A DNA stretch of 64,000 nucleotides from an uncultured Chryseobacterium sp. (lineage in GTDB: Bacteria > Bacteroidota > Bacteroidia > UBA10329): positions 98,260 through 162,259 of the forward strand of contig CAZCNS010000004.1 in assembly GCA_964500205.1 (NCBI GenBank), read 5' to 3'. Numbering within the stretch: the first letter of the stretch is position 1; each line of letters starts with the position of its first letter. This document shows positions 1 to 7,827 of the stretch, one piece after another. A program made the translations under genes and the position numbers. The notes below the pieces were generated by a model. It made no database searches and was not told the origin of the DNA. It saw only the letters and a program-made list of their open reading frames with translations.

Positions 1-826
1 TACAGCACGCGCATTGTGGTTGGCCGTGTTCCTGTCGGTATCCGTTTATGTGGTTTCCTCTTGGTGGAACTGGTACTACGGATCCAGTTTCGGGATGAGG
101 GCCATGATCGACCATCTGCCATTCTTCATGGTGATGATGACGTATCTGCTACGTGCCGTTCCATCCTCCGTGCGGATGTTTCTCATCCCGCTGTCAATGT
201 TGGCCGTGCCGCTCAATTTCATCCAGACCTTTCAGTACAACAAGTTCATTATTCACTGGGATGGCATGGATCGCGAACGGTATTGGAAGGTGTTCTTGCG
301 GACAGCCCCGCATTTCGAGGGCATTTTTTACCGGACCGAGAGCGGACCGTTATTCAATGAGGCCGATGTAGAAAGGGTCCATGTGCTTGCCACCGATCTT
401 GAAGATCTGGGCGATGATTGGGGCACACAGGGAAGGACTGACGCGAGATCATTCTCAGGCCAGTGGTCGAGCCTCATTGGAAAGGACAACCCTTATGGCC
501 CGACCATCGGTGTGCCTTGGGCAAGCGCAGGCAATGAAGAAGGAAAGCGGTTCCTGAAACTGACCATGATGGCTTGGGCTGACAAGGCGTTCTCAAACCT
601 ACAGGTAGCCTATTCTTTCAATGCTGGTGAGCGCCACTACGGTCATAACTACATCGATCTTTCCACGCAACTTACGGACGCAAGGCTGTGGGTGGAGGTG
701 ACGCACATCGCGGAGGTTGCGCCCCCCGGATCGCCTGAGGACGCGTGGATCCTTTATCCCTACACGACCGGCAACAATGACATTTTCGTGGACGACATCA
801 GCTATGAGGTGGTGACGGTGAGGTGA
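1..826 (+). CDS. Hypothetical membrane protein, C-terminal part; the ORF runs off the 5' window edge
   Basis: Frame 2 is open from position 2 with no upstream stop. The N-terminal part is hydrophobic and is followed by a soluble domain. Codon usage is typical of the host. No family recognised. Confidence 0.5.
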   Translation, partial: TARALWLAVFLSVSVYVVSSWWNWYYGSSFGMRAMIDHLPFFMVMMTYLLRAVPSSVRMFLIPLSMLAVPLNFIQTFQYNKFIIHWDGMDRERYWKVFLRTAPHFEGIFYRTESGPLFNEADVERVHVLATDLEDLGDDWGTQGRTDARSFSGQWSSLIGKDNPYGPTIGVPWASAGNEEGKRFLKLTMMAWADKAFSNLQVAYSFNAGERHYGHNYIDLSTQLTDARLWVEVTHIAEVAPPGSPEDAWILYPYTTGNNDIFVDDISYEVVTVR

Positions 827-841
827 CAGCGGACTCGAGAT

Positions 842-2263
842 TCAGAACCAACCTTCCAGCACCTGCATGAGTCCTACGATGAGGACTATCGCCATCAGGT
901 TGACGAGGATGCCTGCCCGCATCATCTGCCCCACGGTGACCCGTCCACTGGCGAAGACCACTGCATTGGGCGGTGTGGAGATGGGCATCATGAAGGCACA
1001 GCTTGCAGCCAACGTGACGGGTATGGCGAGGTAGGCCGCACCGATGTCCGTCTGCTGCGCAATGCCGAACACCACCGGCAGCAGCACAGTGACCAGCGCC
1101 ACATTGCTCATCACCTCGGTGGCAAAAAGGGCCACGGCAGTCAGTCCAAGGCAGAGCAGCAGTGCAGACCCGCTGAAGGAGGATGCCACGTGCTCTCCCA
1201 CCAGCAGGATGATACCCGCCTGTTCCAATCCGCCTGCCATCGCCAGTCCGCCCCCGAACAGGATAAGGATACCCCAAGGCAGCCGAATGGTGCTGCGCCA
1301 GTCGAGGATGAACTCGCCTCTTTTCCATGAAACGGGCACCATGAACATCAGCAGTCCACCGCCCATCGCAATGTTCGTGTTGTTGAGGACTGAAGACCCG
1401 ATGACCGCGTTGATCTGCGGTGCAAAGACCCAGCAGAACACTGTCAGGGCAAACACGGCCAGCACCGAGCCCTCCGCACGCCCCAAACTGCCGAGGCCCT
1501 CCCATTTCCCGTCAAAAAGCTCCTTGAGGCCATCAATACGGACATCCTTCACAGGGAAGACCACTTTCGTCAGAAGCAGGTAGGTGAAAAGGAGCATCCC
1601 CGCGCCCACTGGGATTCCGATGACCAGCCATCTACCGAAGGCGAAATCCTCTCCGAACGCATCGAGCCAGTAGCCCGCGAACACGATGTTGGGCGGGGTG
1701 CCGATCAGCGTCACCATGCCCCCGATGTTGGCCGCATAGGCGATTCCAAGCATCAGCAGGAGGCCGAACCTCTTGACCGTCTTTTCATCCGCGCGACCTT
1801 CCACCACTGCCAGTACCGACAGCGCGATGGGCAGCATCATCACGGCCGTGGCGGTGTTGCTGATCCACATTGCCACCGCTGCGGTAGCCACCATGAAGCC
1901 GAGCACCACACCGTTGAGGCCCGTGCCGGTGAGCCGCACCAGCCCGAAGGCGATGCGTTCGTGAAGCCTGCGCTCTTCCATTGCCAGCGCAATGAGAAAA
2001 CCTCCGAGGAAAAGGAATACGATCGGACTGCCGTAGGGTGCGAAGGTCTCCTTGAGGCTCATGATGCCCAGCGCAGGGAAAAGTACCATCGGCAGCATGG
2101 CGGTGGTATAGATGGGCAGTGCCTCGGTGACCCACCAGACGAGCATCCACGCGGCCACGGCAAGCACACGGGTGGCGAGAACCGTCTGTCCGGGGTCGAG
2201 CAGCAGGACGAGGCCGAATGCCATCGGGCCGAGAATGTAACCGATGCGCCTGATTGCTGTCAT
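842..2263 (-). CDS. Divalent anion:Na+ symporter (DASS/SLC13 family; NadC/SdcS-like)
   Basis: 473 aa polytopic protein. The GTPPN motif appears twice (GTPPNIVFAG and ISTPPNAVVFASG), which is typical of DASS transporters. Confidence 0.8.
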   Translation of the reverse strand: MTAIRRIGYILGPMAFGLVLLLDPGQTVLATRVLAVAAWMLVWWVTEALPIYTTAMLPMVLFPALGIMSLKETFAPYGSPIVFLFLGGFLIALAMEERRLHERIAFGLVRLTGTGLNGVVLGFMVATAAVAMWISNTATAVMMLPIALSVLAVVEGRADEKTVKRFGLLLMLGIAYAANIGGMVTLIGTPPNIVFAGYWLDAFGEDFAFGRWLVIGIPVGAGMLLFTYLLLTKVVFPVKDVRIDGLKELFDGKWEGLGSLGRAEGSVLAVFALTVFCWVFAPQINAVIGSSVLNNTNIAMGGGLLMFMVPVSWKRGEFILDWRSTIRLPWGILILFGGGLAMAGGLEQAGIILLVGEHVASSFSGSALLLCLGLTAVALFATEVMSNVALVTVLLPVVFGIAQQTDIGAAYLAIPVTLAASCAFMMPISTPPNAVVFASGRVTVGQMMRAGILVNLMAIVLIVGLMQVLEGWF

Positions 2264-2394
2264 CAGGAGTGTTTCGTTGGAAAGTAGTCCAATGCCTGTC
2301 CCGATTATTCGGGAGTTTTAACCGTGGGAACCGCGTGGTTTCAGTGATTGCAGGAGAACCGCTTTAACGGTTTGGATTTTTGAAGGAAAAAAAG

Positions 2395-4305
2395 TCAGAG
2401 GCTACGCACGCCTTGTCCGATCGGCAGGAAGGCCGCTGTGCCGCTGCTCTCGCCCACGAGGATCCGCATCTCCTTGGGCCTAACCGATTCCTCGGGCAGG
2501 TCGAAGTGGTCCGCATCGGCATTGCCCACCGCGATGCGGATGCGGTTGCCCTTCGCCACCACGTAGCTTGTAGGGATCAGATTGACCAATGCAGCGCGGA
2601 ATTCCCAAGGTTGCAGCGGTTGGCGGTCCTCCTCCTTGTACGAATGTTGTGGGAAGCGGCATTCATAATCACCTTTCTCGCACACCTTGAGATGCGTGAT
2701 ATCGAGCATCCCCTCGGTGATGTAGCGGCTCGTGCCATCGGGCAGCACCTCCTCCAGATACACGAACAGGTGGCCGTATCCGGTCTCGGTCGCCACGTTG
2801 AGCGTGACAAACGGGTGGCCCGTTATCTCAGTGTCCTCCTCCAGAGCAGGGCTGTCGAACACCACCATCAGCGAATCCTGTGCGTTGCGTGGGCCGTAGA
2901 AGGTGTTCTCGTACTTGTAGAGTACCGTCAGCGAGTTCCAGCGCGTGCCACCGCCCTTGGGGCCGTAGCCCGTGGTGGTGGTGTAATCGCAGTTGTGCAA
3001 CAGGGTGTCCAAGGCGGTTGCCGTAGTGGACAAGGTATTCTTTCCGAAAGGAAATTCCCGCACCTCCACGTTGGCCGGAGGCCAGACGTCTGAGGCCACC
3101 CATTCCTCAGGCCCCATTCTGAAGAAATGCACGGGCGGGTCGGTGTCCAGACCGGTGTCAATACCCTTCACATGGTGGTCGAGAAACCGTAGGATCTCGC
3201 GCTCTACGTGGATGTCCTTCTCCTTTTTTATCCCTGAGAAATTGGAGAAATGCTGGCCCGGGCCATGATCCCAGGGGCCGACCATCACGCGCTTGGTGTT
3301 GGTGGTGTTCCACAGTCCCTTGAACACCGAGTTGGGCAATGCTCCATCGAACCAGCCGCCTATGCGGAAGATAGGCACCCCGCTGGCCTCGATGTCCTCC
3401 TTGCGGGCATGGATGCTGCAATCATCGGCTGTCAGTTCGGCCCCGTAGCCGCGGTCGGGTTCATTGCGCGAATTCACGCGGTACAGCCCTTCGAAGATGT
3501 CGTAGTTGCGCTTGTGCTCGGCCATGGCCTGTTGGAGCAGCACACCGCGCTTGTCGCCATGCACAGGGCTGGGCCATTTCACAAAGGTCTCGACTTTCTT
3601 GCCCAAAGGAGCCAGTGTGTTGAAATCGAGCGAGTTGGTGGTCAGTTTCCAAACTTTCACAAAAGGACTCTGACGGATACCGCCCGGATAGACGATGTCT
3701 GTGTACAGGTCGAAGATGTTGCTGCGCGGAATGGCCGCCTTAAGGGACGGGTGGCGGGTGATCAGAGCCAGCTCGGCCGTGGTGCCGGTATAGGAGATGC
3801 CCGTAGTGGCCGTATTGCCGTCACTCCATGGCTGGCCCACGATCCAGTCGAGCATCTCGCCCATGTCTTGCACCTCCTGCGGGCTGAACTCCATGTCGCG
3901 GTGACCGAACGAGGCACCTGTACCTCGCAGGTCAACGATGGCAACCGCGTAGCCGTGAGAGGTGAGGAATTTGACCTCCTCTTCCGCTACGCTGCCAAAG
4001 GCCGGGTTCTTCAACGGTCGCCAGAATGCCTTGAGCTGGAAGGTGCGCACATAGCGTACGAAATAGACCACGGTCGGCACCTGTTTCCCTTCCTCAAGCT
4101 GTTTCGGGAGGAACACGTCCACAGCCAGCCGCACGCTGTCCGACATCGGCACATAGCTGGAGTTGTAACTGAATCCTTTGTAGGATGGGGTAGGGGAGTA
4201 GTCCTTGCCTAAGGTCTTGGAGGTATTTCCCTTTCCGCCTCCGCCCGCCATCAGCGGGGTGGTCAGCAGCAAGGAGAATAGGAGGGGGAGGAGGTTCATT
4301 CGCAT
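2395..4305 (-). CDS. CocE/NonD family hydrolase (S15 Xaa-Pro dipeptidyl-peptidase-like), secreted
   Basis: 636 aa with an N-terminal signal peptide (MRMNLLPLLFSLLLTTPLMA). Contains the VDLRGTGASFG motif and a GxSYxG nucleophile elbow (GISYTG) characteristic of the CocE/NonD fold. Confidence 0.75.
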   Translation of the reverse strand: MRMNLLPLLFSLLLTTPLMAGGGGKGNTSKTLGKDYSPTPSYKGFSYNSSYVPMSDSVRLAVDVFLPKQLEEGKQVPTVVYFVRYVRTFQLKAFWRPLKNPAFGSVAEEEVKFLTSHGYAVAIVDLRGTGASFGHRDMEFSPQEVQDMGEMLDWIVGQPWSDGNTATTGISYTGTTAELALITRHPSLKAAIPRSNIFDLYTDIVYPGGIRQSPFVKVWKLTTNSLDFNTLAPLGKKVETFVKWPSPVHGDKRGVLLQQAMAEHKRNYDIFEGLYRVNSRNEPDRGYGAELTADDCSIHARKEDIEASGVPIFRIGGWFDGALPNSVFKGLWNTTNTKRVMVGPWDHGPGQHFSNFSGIKKEKDIHVEREILRFLDHHVKGIDTGLDTDPPVHFFRMGPEEWVASDVWPPANVEVREFPFGKNTLSTTATALDTLLHNCDYTTTTGYGPKGGGTRWNSLTVLYKYENTFYGPRNAQDSLMVVFDSPALEEDTEITGHPFVTLNVATETGYGHLFVYLEEVLPDGTSRYITEGMLDITHLKVCEKGDYECRFPQHSYKEEDRQPLQPWEFRAALVNLIPTSYVVAKGNRIRIAVGNADADHFDLPEESVRPKEMRILVGESSGTAAFLPIGQGVRSL

Positions 4306-4379
4306 GATGGCGAAGATAAGCGGCCCGCGTCACCCTCGGAAACTCCCGTATGCCGGAAATGAATTGATAACCTTGACGC

Positions 4380-4577
4380 TCAGCTACCCAGCCGGTGGAT
4401 CATCTTGGCCACTGTGATGGTCATCAGTACCAGCAGCACGCCCAGCACGAAGCTGAACGAGCCTTTGAAGAAATCCGGACGTTTCTTGATGTCCTCTCGA
4501 TACGCGTAAATCATGCCTGCCACGAACACGATGGCGAACACCCCTGCGAAAATCCAATGGCCTTTGGTGACGTTCAT
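4380..4577 (-). CDS. Small membrane protein (2 TM), hypothetical
   Basis: 65 aa with two hydrophobic helices. GC content matches the host. No overlapping larger gene. Confidence 0.4.
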   Translation of the reverse strand: MNVTKGHWIFAGVFAIVFVAGMIYAYREDIKKRPDFFKGSFSFVLGVLLVLMTITVAKMIHRLGS

Positions 4578-4714
4578 TGCTGTGGTTTTCTGACGGCAGC
4601 ACCCCCTCCCGCTCGATGCACCAAAGTTATGGTCTGCCCATGTGTTCAGTCATTTTTTTCGACCATTTGTAACCATTGTCCCGAACTTGGCATCTTCAGT
4701 CTGAGCCGAAGGCC

Positions 4715-5260
4715 ATGGACAGCAGCACACTGACAGACGCATTGCAAAGGGCGGACACGCGGGCGCAGCGATGGCTTTACGACACACATGCGTCCGCACT
4801 CTACGCCATCTGTCTGAGGTACATGCCTGACGAGGCCCGCGCTCAAGACTGTCTTCAGGAGACGTTCATCACCATCTACCGCAAGGTGGGAGAGCTGCGT
4901 GAGGCGGTCGCCCTGGAGGGCTGGATGAGGCGCATTACCGTCAACACCTGCCTGATGGCACTCCGCAAGGACGGTAGGCGTGACCTTGGGCTTGACAACC
5001 TTGGTGTAGATGAGCCAGTGGCAATGGACGCAGATGCGGTGTCGGCCATGTCGGCAGACGAACTTTTTACCACCGTCCGTCAACTACCCGATGGGCTGCG
5101 CGAGGTGTTTAACCTCTTCGCCATAGAGGGCCATCCGCATTCGGAGATAGCCACGATGCTCGGCATCTCAGAGTCTAACTCGAAGGTGCGGCTCAACAGA
5201 GCGAGGAGTATTCTGAAGGAAAAACTGGAAAAAATGGGAGTCACCGCCAGCAGCAGGTGA
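4715..5260 (+). CDS. RNA polymerase sigma-70 factor, ECF subfamily
   Basis: Sigma-70 regions 2 and 4 are recognisable (CLRYMPDEARAQDCLQETFITIY ... EIATMLGISESNSKVRLNRAR). The internal ATG at 4715 is preferred over the ORF-table start at 4676. Confidence 0.8.
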   Translation: MDSSTLTDALQRADTRAQRWLYDTHASALYAICLRYMPDEARAQDCLQETFITIYRKVGELREAVALEGWMRRITVNTCLMALRKDGRRDLGLDNLGVDEPVAMDADAVSAMSADELFTTVRQLPDGLREVFNLFAIEGHPHSEIATMLGISESNSKVRLNRARSILKEKLEKMGVTASSR

Positions 5261-5280
5261 TTCCAAAAGATGAGATCGTC

Positions 5281-6645
5281 ATGGAGAGCAAGAACAGCAC
5301 AGCAGAGGAGCAGATGGCCGCGAAGCTTCGCGGGCACAGCGTGGCCCCGCCCCAGGGGGTCTGGACGGGCATCGAAGACAGGCTCGCAGGTGGGAGCAAG
5401 AAGATAGGGCTGATGTGGCTGCCCGATGCCGGTGCCATGGTGCTCTGGCTTACCATGACAGTGGGCTTCCACACGGGAATGCTCGGTTCCTCCGGGCTGT
5501 CGCACGCGAATGGGCCAGTGACAGCGTCTGCTGTGGAAGCAGAGGTCGGTGAGGCAGTCGAAGCCCCGATTCGCCAGTCCGATTTCTCCAAAAGTGAAAA
5601 GGAGACAACTGGCGCATTGAAAGCAGAGTACGCTGACGGGCTGGTGAAAAGCTCTTATTCAAGTAGAAATGAAGCAGCCAGAACAGCGGAATTACCGAGG
5701 GAGGGCAACACAGCTTCCCATTCGCAACTCGAGGCCTCCAAGTCTCAGATGAAGATTGTGGCCGATGTCCCTGCCATGGCCGAAAAGCTCGATTCGGAGG
5801 GGTCGCTGATAGCGGATGCGGCCATGTCCTCTGCGAAGCAGATGTCGGCAGCAAGTGCTGCCGTGCAGATTGAGAAGACCGCTCCCTCACTCATGGGGTG
5901 GAGGCCCCTCAGCCCGATTTTTTCTGGGGAAAGTCCTTTGGAAGAAATAGTAGAGGATGACATGATGGCGGAGCGGAATCCCTTCGCGAAGGCCCTGAGG
6001 CGGCATCAGTTCTTTCTCGGAATCGGTGGCACGGCCAATCTGGTCTCCATTTTCAACCAGAATAACCGCAATGCCTTTGGAGGCCGTGAGTTGCCATACA
6101 AACCCACGTTCGGCTACGCGGGCTATTTGCGCATTGGCTACCGTTATCGCCATCGCTATGGAGTGGAGACGGGGTTCGTCTTCCATAGCAGGCAGGGCCA
6201 GCACTATGAGGGGCGGATCAACAATGCCGTGGCCACTCGGCAGGTGGACATGACATATATGCAGGTGCCGCTGGTATTGCGTTACACATTTGGCAAGACC
6301 TTCTCTAAGAATATGCCCTCACCTTGGGTCATTGGCATCGGGGCGCAGTTCGGATTCCTGACCGCAGCCTCAGAGCAGTTCGAGGGCAACGAGGCATCGT
6401 TTCAAGGAGAATTCTTCCCGGTAGAAGACTATCGCGCCTATCTGCGGCCGATGGAGGTGGCCGGGGTGCTTACCATCGACAAGGAGTTCTATTTCCACAG
6501 GAACATGTTCGTGTCGGTGGGGCTGCGGACCACCATCGGCAGCGACATCAATGCAGAGGGATCGCCAGCCCCCGATGATTACGGCAAGAGCCACAATTTC
6601 ACCTTCGGACTCAACGTGTCATTCAATGGCTTTCTCGAAAGATGA
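5281..6645 (+). CDS. Putative anti-sigma factor fused to a C-terminal outer-membrane beta-barrel (PorT/OMP_b-brl_2-like) domain
   Basis: Lies immediately downstream of the ECF sigma gene with a 4-bp overlap region. N-terminal cytoplasmic segment, then one TM helix (LMWLPDAGAMVLWLTMTVGF), a long Ser/Ala-rich linker, and a C-terminal ~200 aa with alternating aromatic beta-strand pattern ending in ...FGLNVSFNGFLER. Confidence 0.6.
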   Translation: MESKNSTAEEQMAAKLRGHSVAPPQGVWTGIEDRLAGGSKKIGLMWLPDAGAMVLWLTMTVGFHTGMLGSSGLSHANGPVTASAVEAEVGEAVEAPIRQSDFSKSEKETTGALKAEYADGLVKSSYSSRNEAARTAELPREGNTASHSQLEASKSQMKIVADVPAMAEKLDSEGSLIADAAMSSAKQMSAASAAVQIEKTAPSLMGWRPLSPIFSGESPLEEIVEDDMMAERNPFAKALRRHQFFLGIGGTANLVSIFNQNNRNAFGGRELPYKPTFGYAGYLRIGYRYRHRYGVETGFVFHSRQGQHYEGRINNAVATRQVDMTYMQVPLVLRYTFGKTFSKNMPSPWVIGIGAQFGFLTAASEQFEGNEASFQGEFFPVEDYRAYLRPMEVAGVLTIDKEFYFHRNMFVSVGLRTTIGSDINAEGSPAPDDYGKSHNFTFGLNVSFNGFLER

Positions 6646-6695
6646 ACCATCACTGACCGACCACTCTCGTCCCTCGCCCCTCGCCCCTCGTCCCT

Positions 6696-7688
6696 TCACA
6701 AAAGTCCCTTCTCCATCAGCATCTCCAGGATCTGCACCGAGTTGGTGGCTGCGCCCTTGCGAAGATTATCGGAAACAACCCAAAGGTTGATACTGTTCTC
6801 CTCGCTCTCGTCCTTGCGGATGCGGCCCACGAACACCTCGTCCCGTCCCTCAGCGTTCAGCGGCATGGGATAGATGCTCCTTGCAGGGTCGTCCTGCACA
6901 ATGACACCGGGCGAATCAGCAAGTATCTGACGCACTTGGTCCAAGCTCACAGGTTTCGAGAACCGCGCATTCACCGCCTCGCTGTGACCGCCCGTGACGG
7001 GGACGCGTACCGCTGTGGCCGTCACTTTAAGATTCGGCAGCCCCATGATCTTGCGGCTCTCGTTCACCACCTTCATCTCCTCCTTGGTGTATCCGTTCTC
7101 AAGGAACACATCGCACTGCGGGATCACATTGCGGTGAATCGTGTGTGCATACGGGCTGTCACTCACGGTCTCGCCCGACTGCTCACGGTTCAGGGTGTCC
7201 ATGGCATGTTTGCCCGTACCCGTCACTGACTGGTAGGTGCTCACCACCATGCGCTCAAGTCCGAATGCCTTGTGCAGCGGCCACATGGCGACTACGAGCT
7301 GTATGGTCGAGCAGTTCGGATTGGCGATGATGCGGCTCTCGCTGGTCAGTGCATCAGGGTTCACCTCGGGCACCACAAGCGGAATAGCAGGGTCCATGCG
7401 CCATGCCGATGAGTTGTCGATGACGTATGTGCCCACCTCCGCAAACTTCGGTGCCCATTCCAAACTCGTGCCTCCGCCTGCCGAGAACAGTGCCACATCA
7501 GGCCGCAGCGTCACCGCCTGCTTCATCCCGATCACCGTGTACTCCTTTCCCTTGAAAACGACCTTGCTGCCCGCGCTGCGCTCACTGGCTACGGGTATCA
7601 GTTCAGTGCAGGGAATGTTGCGCTCCTCCAGCACTTGCAGCATGATGCGACCTACCATGCCCGTGGCCCCGACAACAGCTATTCTCAT
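6696..7688 (-). CDS. asd: Aspartate-semialdehyde dehydrogenase
   Basis: 330 aa. N-terminal Rossmann motif MRIAVVGATGMVGR and the catalytic region NPNCSTIQLVVAMWPL typical of Asd. Confidence 0.9.
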   Translation of the reverse strand: MRIAVVGATGMVGRIMLQVLEERNIPCTELIPVASERSAGSKVVFKGKEYTVIGMKQAVTLRPDVALFSAGGGTSLEWAPKFAEVGTYVIDNSSAWRMDPAIPLVVPEVNPDALTSESRIIANPNCSTIQLVVAMWPLHKAFGLERMVVSTYQSVTGTGKHAMDTLNREQSGETVSDSPYAHTIHRNVIPQCDVFLENGYTKEEMKVVNESRKIMGLPNLKVTATAVRVPVTGGHSEAVNARFSKPVSLDQVRQILADSPGVIVQDDPARSIYPMPLNAEGRDEVFVGRIRKDESEENSINLWVVSDNLRKGAATNSVQILEMLMEKGLL

Positions 7689-7827
7689 GTGTTGCTTAAC
7701 AGTTGGTTAATCCCTCGCGGGGCCGCGAAACTACTACATTTACCGCCCTGCCTTGTGCGGTTGGGAGTTACGTATCTGAACGATTCAAGCAAAGCGTTCC
7801 CAATCATCGAAGTGAAAAATTATCCAG

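Noticed and set aside
3250-4212. 320-aa plus-strand ORF
   Set aside because: Antisense within the S15 peptidase gene.
4578-4714. Possible ECF-type autoregulated promoter (GTAACC…) upstream of the sigma gene
   Set aside because: There is only a weak match to the GGAAC-N16-CGT pattern. I could not support it from sequence alone.
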